Source of the DNA: Paludibacteraceae bacterium
GTDB lineage: Bacteria > Bacteroidota > Bacteroidia > Bacteroidales > Paludibacteraceae
NCBI GenBank assembly: GCA_963663245.1
Contig: OY760143.1
Location: 858,455-890,454, forward strand
Reading direction: 5' to 3'
DNA length: 32,000 bases
Shown one piece after another: positions 7,961 to 15,400 of this stretch (positions within the stretch are counted from its first letter, which is position 1; each line of letters begins with the position of its first letter). The translations under genes were made by a program, and so were the position numbers. The notes under the pieces are model-generated. The model was not told where the DNA came from. It saw only the letters and a list, made by a program, of their open reading frames with translations, and searched no databases.

Positions 7961-8105
7961 TGTAGTAATTCTTTTTTTTTGTAAAAATTGATATGCAAAT
8001 TTATAAATTTATAACTGAAATAACAGTTAAAAACTAAAAAGATTTTCTTTCCATTTAAAAAGGCAAAAATCTATCCAAACAGACATATATATATAACATT
8101 AAAAT

Positions 8106-8113
8106 TATCTTTG
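8106..8113 (+). promoter_or_regulatory. Candidate Bacteroidetes -7 promoter box (TATCTTTG)
   Basis: Exact match to TAnnTTTG, 26 nt upstream of the ATG at 8140. I saw no convincing -33 TTTG at the expected spacing. Confidence 0.35.
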
Positions 8114-8139
8114 TGATATAACAATTTAAAATTCCAAAA

Positions 8140-8508
8140 ATGGGCGTAATAGAATTTTGTATATTAATGATGATTGGTATAGTATCAGGGGTCTTAAGTG
8201 GGATGCTTGGTATAGGAGGTGGTATAGTTATGATTCCTGCACTAATTTATATTTTGGGGCACTCACAGTTAATGGCTCAAGGTACTAGTTTAGCTGTTAT
8301 GTTACCTCCGATAGGTATTGCCGCAGCAATGAACTATTATAAAGAAGGTAACGTTGATATTAAATATGCTTTAATAATTGCCATCTTTTTTATTGTTGGA
8401 TCTTATTTTAGTTCAAAAATTGTATTGAGTTTTGATCCAAAGATATTAAGAAAAGTTTTTGCTGTTTTTATTACTTTAATAGCAGCAAAAATGTTTTTTC
8501 AGAAATAG
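8140..8508 (+). CDS. Half-size TSUP (TauE/SafE) family membrane transporter
   Basis: 122 aa with four TMs and the glycine-rich TSUP motif VLSGMLGIGGGIVMIPAL. It is about half the length of canonical 8-TM TauE/SafE proteins. Confidence 0.8.
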   Translation: MGVIEFCILMMIGIVSGVLSGMLGIGGGIVMIPALIYILGHSQLMAQGTSLAVMLPPIGIAAAMNYYKEGNVDIKYALIIAIFFIVGSYFSSKIVLSFDPKILRKVFAVFITLIAAKMFFQK

Positions 8509-8522
8509 AATTTTAATTGTAG

Positions 8523-9710
8523 ATGAAAGATAAAGTTAGAATACTTTCAGAGAAATCTTTTTTATATGTGTGTGGTGTATATAAACATCTTCATGCAAAT
8601 CCTGAGTTGTCATTTCAAGAGCAGGAAACAGCTGCTTATATTCAAAAAAAACTTGAGTCTTTAAATATTCCTTATCGTTCAAATATAGGAGGTTTTGGGA
8701 TATTAGCGGTTTTAGAGGGGAATAACCCAAATGGAAAAACTGTTGCTTTACGCGCAGATATGGATGCGCTACCAATTCAAGAAGATACAACCTTAGATTA
8801 TAAGTCTACAAAAGATCATTGTATGCATGCCTGTGGTCATGATTCTCATGTGGCTAGTTTGCTTGGTGTAGCTAAAGTGCTTTCAGAAATAAAAGACGAG
8901 ATGGAAGGCACAGTGCTTTTTATTTTTCAGCCAGGAGAAGAACGTCATCCTGGAGGAGCACGTTTAATGTTACAAGACAATGTTTTTTCCGATTATAAAC
9001 CAGATGTAATATTGGCGCAACATGCTTCTGTTGATTATCCCATGGGTAGTGTTGCTTTTCGTTCAGGTCAAATTATGGCTTCAGCTGATGAGGTGCATCT
9101 TACTATTAAAGGAAAAGGTGGACATGCTGCTTTACCTCATTTATATAACGATACAGTACTTTGTGCTTCTCAAATATTGGTTTCGTTACAACAAATTAGT
9201 GCTAGAATAAAAGATCCACTTATACCAATGGTACTTTCTTTTGGAAAGTTAATAGCTGATGGTTCAACGAATGTGATTCCGGAAGAAGTTAAGCTGTCAG
9301 GAACATTTCGTACCTTTGATGAAAATTGGAGATCAGTTTGTAAAGGTCATATTCGTAGAATAGCAACAGAAACTGCGCTTGCTTATGGTTGTGTGTGTGA
9401 TGTAGATTTGCCTGATGGTTATCCTTCGGTAAATAATGATTTTGAAGTGACTAAGGTTTCAAAGCAATATGCCACTGAGGTTGTTGGTGAAAATAATATT
9501 AAAGAATTAGAGGTTCGTATGACTGGAGAGGATTTTAGTTTCTTTAGTCAGGAATACCCAAGTACCTTTTTTCGATTTGGAATAAAAGGAAATACAAATA
9601 AAAACACAGGTAATTTACATACGCCAAATTTTGAAATTGATTTAGATGTATTTAAAACATCGGTTTCTGTTATGTCATGGATGGCTTGGCAACATGTAAA
9701 TTGTAAATAG
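8523..9710 (+). CDS. M20-family amidohydrolase (N-acyl-L-amino-acid amidohydrolase / hippurate hydrolase-like)
   Basis: 395 aa with MHACGHDSH, the metal-binding FQPGEE and HASVDYP. Overall pattern matches the M20D amidohydrolase subfamily. Confidence 0.88.
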   Translation: MKDKVRILSEKSFLYVCGVYKHLHANPELSFQEQETAAYIQKKLESLNIPYRSNIGGFGILAVLEGNNPNGKTVALRADMDALPIQEDTTLDYKSTKDHCMHACGHDSHVASLLGVAKVLSEIKDEMEGTVLFIFQPGEERHPGGARLMLQDNVFSDYKPDVILAQHASVDYPMGSVAFRSGQIMASADEVHLTIKGKGGHAALPHLYNDTVLCASQILVSLQQISARIKDPLIPMVLSFGKLIADGSTNVIPEEVKLSGTFRTFDENWRSVCKGHIRRIATETALAYGCVCDVDLPDGYPSVNNDFEVTKVSKQYATEVVGENNIKELEVRMTGEDFSFFSQEYPSTFFRFGIKGNTNKNTGNLHTPNFEIDLDVFKTSVSVMSWMAWQHVNCK

Positions 9711-9730
9711 GAATTTAATCTTTATAAAAT

Positions 9731-10234
9731 ATGGGGTATCATCAGTTAGATAAATTAGATAAGAAGATTCTTGAATTAGTTTCTAAAAATGCTCGTATTC
9801 CATTTTTAGAGGTAGCTCGAGAGTGTAATGTTTCAGGGGCAGCTATACATCAACGTATTCAGAAATTAATAAATCTAGGGATATTAAAAGGATCTGAGTT
9901 TATTGTTGACACCTATAAGATAGGTTATCAGACATGTGCATATATAGGACTTGTTTTGAAAGATTTAAAACATTTTGATAAAGTTGTAGAGAAGATAAAA
10001 GACATTCCTGAAGTAGTAGAATGTCATTATGCTATAGGTAAATATGCCATGTTTGTAAAAATTTATGCGAAAGATAACAGACATTTATTGCAAATTATAT
10101 TAGAACGATTAACCTCTATAGAAGGAGTGTTAACAACAGAAACATTTCAGATTTCATTAGATGAGATATTTAAACGGCAGTTAAGTGTTTTTGATAATGT
10201 AGTGCTTCCAACAACTGAAGAGGATGTAGAATAA
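9731..10234 (+). CDS. Lrp/AsnC family transcriptional regulator
   Basis: 167 aa with an N-terminal HTH (LDKLDKKILELVSKNARIPFLEVARECNVSGAAIHQRIQKL) and a C-terminal AsnC/RAM-type ligand domain. Confidence 0.88.
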   Translation: MGYHQLDKLDKKILELVSKNARIPFLEVARECNVSGAAIHQRIQKLINLGILKGSEFIVDTYKIGYQTCAYIGLVLKDLKHFDKVVEKIKDIPEVVECHYAIGKYAMFVKIYAKDNRHLLQIILERLTSIEGVLTTETFQISLDEIFKRQLSVFDNVVLPTTEEDVE

Positions 10235-10242
10235 AACAATCG

Positions 10243-10275
10243 AAAAAAGACCCGAGCTAGCACTCGGGTCTTTTT
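10243..10275. terminator. Bidirectional rho-independent terminator
   Basis: Stem GACCCGAG (10249..10256) / CTCGGGTC (10263..10270), loop CTAGCA. A6 sits upstream and T5 downstream. It lies between the convergent lrp-like (+) and LTxxQ (-) genes. Confidence 0.85.
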
Positions 10276-10323
10276 GGTTGTGTTAAAGTTTGTTTTGGAA
10301 TTTGGGAGGGAGTTTTTAGAATT

Positions 10324-10728
10324 TTAGTTTGAATTAGCATCTTTCATGCATCTTCTCATATTTTTTCTTCTCATTTTTCTCTTTTCTTTCTTTTGGTTGC
10401 AAATTTGTATGTGTTTTTCTTGTTGTTCTGCCGTAAGAATTGTTTTTAATTCTTCTTGTTTTTTTGTGTTGTGAGCTGTTCTTTTTGCTTTCATTTCTTC
10501 TCGCATCTTCTTTGCTTCTTGAGCGTATTTGAGATTTACTTTCTCAACCTTCAAGGTTTGTTCTGGTGTCAGTTGTAAGTCAATTTTCATCTGTTCAGTT
10601 TGTCTTTGAGCTCTTTCTTCAGGTGATTTCTTGTGTTTTCCGTGTCCTCTTCCTGGTCCTTGCGCTACTGCTGTTGCTACTCCAAAAATTAATGCGAGAA
10701 TCATTACGGTTAATTTTCTTGTTTTCAT
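10324..10728 (-). CDS. Periplasmic LTxxQ-motif (Spy/CpxP-like) protein
   Basis: 134 aa with a signal peptide (MILALIFGVATAVAQ), a highly charged K/E/R-rich helical body, and two LTxxQ motifs (LQLTPEQTLK, ILTAEQQEK). Confidence 0.7.
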   Translation of the reverse strand: MKTRKLTVMILALIFGVATAVAQGPGRGHGKHKKSPEERAQRQTEQMKIDLQLTPEQTLKVEKVNLKYAQEAKKMREEMKAKRTAHNTKKQEELKTILTAEQQEKHIQICNQKKEKRKMRRKNMRRCMKDANSN

Positions 10729-10823
10729 GATTTTTAAGTTTAATGATGATAATTTGGTTTTTATGCATCTATGACTTTTAGTTTTGTTAAAGGTTTAATT
10801 TAAAATAAAAAATATTGATTTAT

Positions 10824-10871
10824 TTTGATGTTTAAAATATTGTTCGTTATTTTGCGAACAACAAACAATAT
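10824..10871 (+). promoter_or_regulatory. Candidate ars promoter with embedded inverted-repeat operator
   Basis: TTTG (10824..10827), 19 nt, then TTATTTTG (10847..10854; 5 of 6 specified TAnnTTTG positions), then 29 nt to the arsR ATG. The -7-like box is exactly the 8-nt spacer of the inverted repeat TGTTCG (10841..10846) / CGAACA (10855..10860). An outer pair is AATATTGTT (10836..10844) / AACAATAT (10864..10871). Confidence 0.45.
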
Positions 10872-10883
10872 CGTTTATTTTAT

Positions 10884-11198
10884 ATGACAACACAAAAAGA
10901 AGAACAATTTGCACGTTTTGCTAAAGCACTTGCTCACCCAACACGAGTTTTGATAATGAATTATCTTGTTAATTTAAATCAATGTTGTTTTGGTGATATT
11001 CATGCAGAACTTCCAATAGCTAAAGCTACAGTATCTCAACACTTAAAAGAGTTGCGTACGGCTGGTTTAATTCAAGGAAGTATTGAAGCTCCTAAAGTAA
11101 AATATTGTATAAATATGGATAACTGGGTTTTAGCACAACAGCTTTTTGAGAATTTCTTCGCTCAAAAATTAAAAATTGCAAGTTGTCATGATAGCTAA
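10884..11198 (+). CDS. arsR: ArsR/SmtB family metalloregulatory repressor
   Basis: 104 aa with a winged HTH (LAHPTRVLIMNYL ... ATVSQHLKELRTAGLI). A vicinal Cys pair sits in the helix-3 region (NQCCFGDI) where ArsR carries its As(III)-binding cysteines. It is the first gene of the ars cluster. Confidence 0.9.
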   Translation: MTTQKEEQFARFAKALAHPTRVLIMNYLVNLNQCCFGDIHAELPIAKATVSQHLKELRTAGLIQGSIEAPKVKYCINMDNWVLAQQLFENFFAQKLKIASCHDS

Positions 11199-11463
11199 AG
11201 GAGTCATAATATATCTGTTAGTTATTAATGTGATAGCATTTTTAACTATGGGAATTGATAAATATAAGGCTCGTAATAATAAGAATAGGGTTTCTGAAAA
11301 AACTCTTTTTATTTTCACCCTATTATTGGGGTCTATTGGTATTTGGTCTGGGATGTACTTTTTTCATCATAAAACAAAAAAGTGGCAGTTTTATATTGGT
11401 GTACCTGTGTTAATGATAATACATATACTGTTAGCTGTTCTTTTATTAAAAGGTAGTAATTAA
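11188..11463 (+). CDS. DUF1294 family small membrane protein
   Basis: Track ORF starts at TTG 11176. I prefer ATG 11188 (MIAKGVIIYLL...), which overlaps the arsR stop by 11 nt. It has the DUF1294-like core GIDKYKARNNKNRVSEKTLFIFTLLLGSIGIWSGMYFFHHKTKKWQF and three hydrophobic helices. Confidence 0.75.
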   Translation: MIAKGVIIYLLVINVIAFLTMGIDKYKARNNKNRVSEKTLFIFTLLLGSIGIWSGMYFFHHKTKKWQFYIGVPVLMIIHILLAVLLLKGSN

Positions 11464-11475
11464 AATATATTTAAA

Positions 11476-11715
11476 ATGGAAATTAAAGTTTTAGGAACTG
11501 GATGTGCAAAGTGTAAAACACTTGAGAAAAACACACGTGAAGCTGTAGAACAATTAAATTTGGAAGCAACAGTATCAAAAGTAGAAGATATTGTTGAGAT
11601 AATGCAATTCAATGTAATGACTACACCAGCATTAGTTGTTGATGGTAAGGTAGTTGTAAAAGGTTCAGTGCCATCAGTAACAGAGTTAAAATCATTTTTC
11701 ACATTAAATAAATAG
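11476..11715 (+). CDS. Small thioredoxin-fold protein (redox-active disulfide protein 2 / glutaredoxin-like type)
   Basis: 79 aa beginning MEIKVLGTGCAKCKTLE, with a CxxC at the N-terminus of helix 1. It has no signal peptide. The size and layout are typical of the Trx-like proteins that accompany PF03773-type permeases. Confidence 0.85.
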   Translation: MEIKVLGTGCAKCKTLEKNTREAVEQLNLEATVSKVEDIVEIMQFNVMTTPALVVDGKVVVKGSVPSVTELKSFFTLNK

Positions 11716-11719
11716 TATC

Positions 11720-12136
11720 ATGAAAACAATTAAATTTTTTATAATTAGTGCTCTATTATTAACAGCAATTGGATGTAATGGACAAAATAAAGAGTCCAAA
11801 AAAGCGATTTCTTCAGACAATATAGAGGTGTATTATTTTCATTTTACAGCTCGTTGTGTTACTTGCAACACAATAGAATCGGAATTAAATAATAATATTG
11901 AGAGTCTATATGCGGGATTAAAGAAAGATAATAAAATTAGTTTTCATTCAATTAATCTAGATCAGGAGTCAGGAGAGAAATTAGCCCAACGCTTAAAAGT
12001 GTCTGGACAGACAGTGCTTATTGTAAAAGGGGACAAAAGAATTCTTTTAACGAACGAAGCTTTTTTGTATGCTCGCTCTAATCCGAAGAAATTTAAATCT
12101 ATTCTTAAAGAAAAAATTGACTCATTAATAAGCTAG
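11720..12136 (+). CDS. Exported CxxC lipoprotein, thioredoxin-like (resembles the family I recall being labelled ArsF-like)
   Basis: 138 aa with a lipobox LLTAIGC and the motif VYYFHFTARCVTCNTIE (CxxC). The start is 4 nt after the preceding stop. The family name is from memory and unverified. Confidence 0.7.
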   Translation: MKTIKFFIISALLLTAIGCNGQNKESKKAISSDNIEVYYFHFTARCVTCNTIESELNNNIESLYAGLKKDNKISFHSINLDQESGEKLAQRLKVSGQTVLIVKGDKRILLTNEAFLYARSNPKKFKSILKEKIDSLIS

Positions 12137-12143
12137 TTGGATT

Positions 12144-12842
12144 ATGGATTTTTTAACAGAATTATTTTCAAATAGCACAATTCCTTGGTTGTCTGCTATC
12201 CTTTTAGGATTGATGACAGCAATAAGCCCATGTCCATTAGCGACAAATATTACAGCAGTCGGTTTTATTAGTAAGGATATTGAAAATAGAAACCGTGTGT
12301 TTTTTAATGGTTTGTTTTATACTTTAGGAAGAGCAATTAGCTATACAGGATTGGCGTTTATTTTTTATTTAGGGGCTGACCAATTTGAATTGTCTGGAGT
12401 TTTCCAGAAGTATGGGGAGAAAATAATAGGACCCTTGTTAATTCTTATTGGCTTATTTATGTTAGACTTTCTGAAGGTTAGATTTCCTGGTTTAAGCAAA
12501 ATTACTTCACGAATGGAAAGTAAGAAGCGTTGGGGTTATTGGGATGCTACTTTATTAGGAATGTTATTCGCCTTAGCTTTTTGTCCTTACAGTGGAGTGC
12601 TGTATTTTGGAATGCTTATTCCATTGTCAATAGGTAGTGTTTCAGGATTATTATTACCTGTGTTGTTTGCGATTGCAACGGGTATCCCTGTAGTGATTTT
12701 TGCATGGGTATTTGCGTATGCTGTTTCAGGTATTGGAGGACTATACAACAAGGTGAAACTTTTTGAAATCTGGTTTAGAAGAGTCGTTTCAATTTTGTTT
12801 ATTTTAATAGGTGTTTATACAATTTATCATCAATTTTTATGA
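12144..12842 (+). CDS. CcdA/DsbD-family integral membrane protein (family I recall also being labelled ArsG-like)
   Basis: 232 aa with about six TMs. Two membrane-embedded Cys lie in Pro-containing motifs (AISPCPLATN in TM1, ALAFCPYSGV in TM4), as in CcdA/DsbD thiol-disulfide transporters. Confidence 0.8.
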   Translation: MDFLTELFSNSTIPWLSAILLGLMTAISPCPLATNITAVGFISKDIENRNRVFFNGLFYTLGRAISYTGLAFIFYLGADQFELSGVFQKYGEKIIGPLLILIGLFMLDFLKVRFPGLSKITSRMESKKRWGYWDATLLGMLFALAFCPYSGVLYFGMLIPLSIGSVSGLLLPVLFAIATGIPVVIFAWVFAYAVSGIGGLYNKVKLFEIWFRRVVSILFILIGVYTIYHQFL

Positions 12843-13858
12843 AGTTATTTAAGTCTATAGTTATAATTGTTTTTACTCTTCTAGTATGGGTGTTTCTTTA
12901 TGTAAATTTACAAAACTTCTCAGATTTAATTGTAGATAAAATATTAGGTCTAGAAGAGCATGCTCACCTTACAGAAGCTTTACGATTCTTTATATTTGAA
13001 CTTCCAAAGGTCTTATTACTATTGGTGTTAATCATATTTATTGTAGGGATTGTTCGTTCTTATTTTTCTTCAGAAAAAACACGTGATATGTTAGCCGGAA
13101 AACCTCTTTTTTTAGGTAATACGATGGCTGCTGGTCTAGGTGTATTAACCCCATTTTGTTCTTGTTCGGCAATTCCACTTTTTTTAGGATTTGTTGAAGC
13201 AGGTATACCTATAGGTGTAACTTTTTCTTTTCTTATTGCATCTCCAATGATAAATGAAGTAGCTATTGTGCTTTTGTTTGGTATGTTTGGATGGAAAGTT
13301 ACGGTAGTTTATATTTTATCAGGACTAATAATTGCAATTTTTGCTGGTTGGATGATTGGGAAACTTGGCTTGGAAAAATGGGTGCAAGAATGGGTGTATA
13401 AAGTTCAAACGAATCAAGAAAATGCTACTAGTGAAAAATTATCAATAAATGATAGAATAAAATTTGGATTGTCAACGGTAAAAGATATTGTTGGGAAAAT
13501 ATGGATTTATGTAGCTTTAGGTATAGCAATTGGAGCGGGAGCACATGGCTATGTTCCAGAAGATTTTATGGCTGGTTTAATGGGTAAGTCTGCCTGGTAT
13601 AGTGTGCCTCTTTCTGTTATAATTGGAATACCAATGTATGCAAATGCTGCTGGTATTGTACCTATTGTTGCGGTACTACTAGAAAAAGGAGCAGCATTAG
13701 GAACTTCTTTGGCTTTTATGATGTCTGTAATAGCATTGTCATTGCCAGAAATGATTATTTTAAAGAAAGTATTAAAGATGCCATTAATACTTACTTTTTT
13801 AGGTGTTGTAGGTGGTGGAATAATGCTTGTTGGATTTTTATTTAATTTTATTTTTTAG
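12839..13858 (+). CDS. arsP: ArsP-type permease (PF03773-like, organoarsenical efflux family)
   Basis: 339 aa polytopic protein with the hallmark vicinal-cysteine motif LTPFCSCSAIPLF. Its ATGA overlaps the upstream gene. Confidence 0.85.
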   Translation: MKLFKSIVIIVFTLLVWVFLYVNLQNFSDLIVDKILGLEEHAHLTEALRFFIFELPKVLLLLVLIIFIVGIVRSYFSSEKTRDMLAGKPLFLGNTMAAGLGVLTPFCSCSAIPLFLGFVEAGIPIGVTFSFLIASPMINEVAIVLLFGMFGWKVTVVYILSGLIIAIFAGWMIGKLGLEKWVQEWVYKVQTNQENATSEKLSINDRIKFGLSTVKDIVGKIWIYVALGIAIGAGAHGYVPEDFMAGLMGKSAWYSVPLSVIIGIPMYANAAGIVPIVAVLLEKGAALGTSLAFMMSVIALSLPEMIILKKVLKMPLILTFLGVVGGGIMLVGFLFNFIF

Positions 13859-13861
13859 AAG

Positions 13862-14281
13862 ATGAAGATATTAATATTATGTACAGGAAATAGTTGTCGT
13901 AGTCAAATGGCACACGGGTTTTTACAATCGTTTGATGCTAACATAACTGTGTGTTCTGCTGGGACTGAAGCTTCTGGTAAATTAAATATGAAAGCCGTAG
14001 CAGCAATGCAAGAAATAGGAATAGATATTTCTCATCACACGTCTGATTCAGTAGAGAAGTATTTAGGAGAGGAATGGGATTATGTAATTACTGTTTGTGG
14101 AGGAGCAAATGAATCTTGCCCTTCGTTTATAGGAAAGGTAAAACATCGCTTACATATTGGTTTTGATGATCCATCGCATGCAGTAGGTTCAGATGAATAT
14201 ATTTGGAGTGAATTTCTTCGAGTGAGAGATGAAATAAAAGAAGGTTTTAATAAATTCTATACTGAAATAAAAGCAAACTAA
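13862..14281 (+). CDS. arsC: Arsenate reductase, LMW-PTPase / thioredoxin-coupled type
   Basis: 139 aa with the P-loop [12 protein letters not shown] (CX5R) plus the downstream Cys pair [10 protein letters not shown], as in Trx-coupled ArsC. Confidence 0.92.
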   Translation: MKILILCTGNSCRSQMAHGFLQSFDANITVCSAGTEASGKLNMKAVAAMQEIGIDISHHTSDSVEKYLGEEWDYVITVCGGANESCPSFIGKVKHRLHIGFDDPSHAVGSDEYIWSEFLRVRDEIKEGFNKFYTEIKAN

Positions 14282-14285
14282 TAGT

Positions 14286-15338
14286 ATGAAGAACTTAAGC
14301 TTTTTAGATAAATATCTAACCCTTTGGATCTTTTTATCTATGGGTTTGGGGGTGTTGATAGGATATCTGAATCCTTCTATTGTCGCGTTTTGGGAGTCTT
14401 TAAAGCCTTCGCCAGAAAGTACTACAAATATTCCTATCGCCATAGGATTAATCGTAATGATGTATCCACCTTTAGCCAAGGTGAGGTATGAAGAGTTAGT
14501 TGATGTATTTAGAAATACAAAGGTGTTGACACTTTCGTTAATTCAGAATTGGATCGTTGGTCCAGTATTAATGTTTGCTCTTGCAGTTATTTTCTTCAAG
14601 TTGTTTCCAGGAGAAAATAATGCAAACTTGCCCTATATGTATGGTATTATAATGATAGGCTTGGCTCGTTGTATTGCTATGGTAATTGTCTGGAATGATT
14701 TAGCAAAAGGTGACACACAATATGCGGCTGGCTTAGTCGCTTTTAATTCTGTCTTCCAAATCGTATTCTTTTCTTTGTATGCCTATTTCTTTGTTGCAGT
14801 ACTGCCAGCGTGGTTTGGTATACCAACAAATGCTGCTGTTGAGGCTATCACTATTAAACAAATTGCAACAAGTGTAATAATTTATTTGGGGATTCCTTTT
14901 TTAGCAGGCTTTCTTACTCGCTATCTATTGACTAGAGTGAAATCTGAAGAATGGTATCAGGCTAGGTTTATTCCTAAAATAAGCCCTTTGACTTTGATTG
15001 CATTACTCTTTACCATTTTTGTAATGTTTTCATTAAAGGGTAATTATATTATTTCCTTACCATTAGATGTAATTAAAGTTGCTATACCTTTAATTATATA
15101 TTTTCTTATAATGTTTGTTGTTTCTTTTAAAATGAGTAAAAAGTTAGGTGCAAGCTATAAGCAAACTACTACCTTGTCATTTACAGCCGCTAGTAATAAT
15201 TTTGAATTAGCTATTGCCGTTTCTATTGCAATATTTGGAATGAATTCGGGAGAAGCTTTTGCCGCTGTAATTGGACCTTTGGTAGAGGTGCCTATTATGT
15301 TATTGTTGGTGAAGTATTCTTTGAGAAGGGTATTTTGA
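14286..15338 (+). CDS. acr3: ACR3 family arsenite efflux transporter
   Basis: 350 aa with about ten TMs. It begins [16 protein letters not shown] and contains MMYPPLAKV and GLARCIAMV (conserved Cys in TM4), typical of Acr3/ArsB-type BART transporters. Confidence 0.92.
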   Translation: MKNLSFLDKYLTLWIFLSMGLGVLIGYLNPSIVAFWESLKPSPESTTNIPIAIGLIVMMYPPLAKVRYEELVDVFRNTKVLTLSLIQNWIVGPVLMFALAVIFFKLFPGENNANLPYMYGIIMIGLARCIAMVIVWNDLAKGDTQYAAGLVAFNSVFQIVFFSLYAYFFVAVLPAWFGIPTNAAVEAITIKQIATSVIIYLGIPFLAGFLTRYLLTRVKSEEWYQARFIPKISPLTLIALLFTIFVMFSLKGNYIISLPLDVIKVAIPLIIYFLIMFVVSFKMSKKLGASYKQTTTLSFTAASNNFELAIAVSIAIFGMNSGEAFAAVIGPLVEVPIMLLLVKYSLRRVF

Positions 15339-15341
15339 TGT

Positions 15342-15372
15342 TTTGAGTTAATAAAATTATTTAATAACTTTG
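15342..15372 (+). promoter_or_regulatory. Near-consensus Bacteroidetes promoter (TTTG-N19-TAACTTTG)
   Basis: TTTG at 15342..15345 and TAACTTTG at 15365..15372 (exact TAnnTTTG), with a 19-nt spacer. The box ends 28 nt upstream of the ATG at 15401. Confidence 0.5.
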
Positions 15373-15400
15373 ATTTATTATACTCCCAAATTAATACGGT

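Noticed and set aside
8085-8095. (AT)5 microsatellite in the intergenic region upstream of the TSUP gene, and the T9 run at 7972..7980
   Set aside because: These are short simple repeats expected by chance in roughly 30% GC intergenic DNA. Nothing ties them to regulation.
8536-9210. ORFs 8536..8790 (minus) and 9022..9210 (plus, out of frame)
   Set aside because: They lie inside the M20 amidohydrolase gene, which has clear catalytic motifs in its own frame.
10779-10786. Exact TAGTTTTG box (with TTTG 22 nt upstream at 10753..10756) as the ars promoter
   Set aside because: It lies 98 nt from the arsR ATG, whereas the other candidate promoters in this window sit 26-29 nt from their start codons. 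The proximal box is embedded in the operator palindrome. I kept this only as an alternative to be settled by TSS mapping.
11460-11702. Minus-strand ORF of 80 aa
   Set aside because: It is an exact antisense shadow of the 79-aa Trx-like gene, whose CxxC motif and operon context support the plus-strand frame.
14189-14479. Minus-strand ORF of 96 aa spanning the arsC/acr3 junction
   Set aside because: It is antisense to two strongly supported genes and has no motifs.
10884-15338. The ars cluster as a horizontally acquired mobile island
   Set aside because: I saw no integrase, transposase, flanking direct repeats or obvious compositional break by eye. I cannot compute GC or codon statistics here, so this is not excluded, only unsupported.
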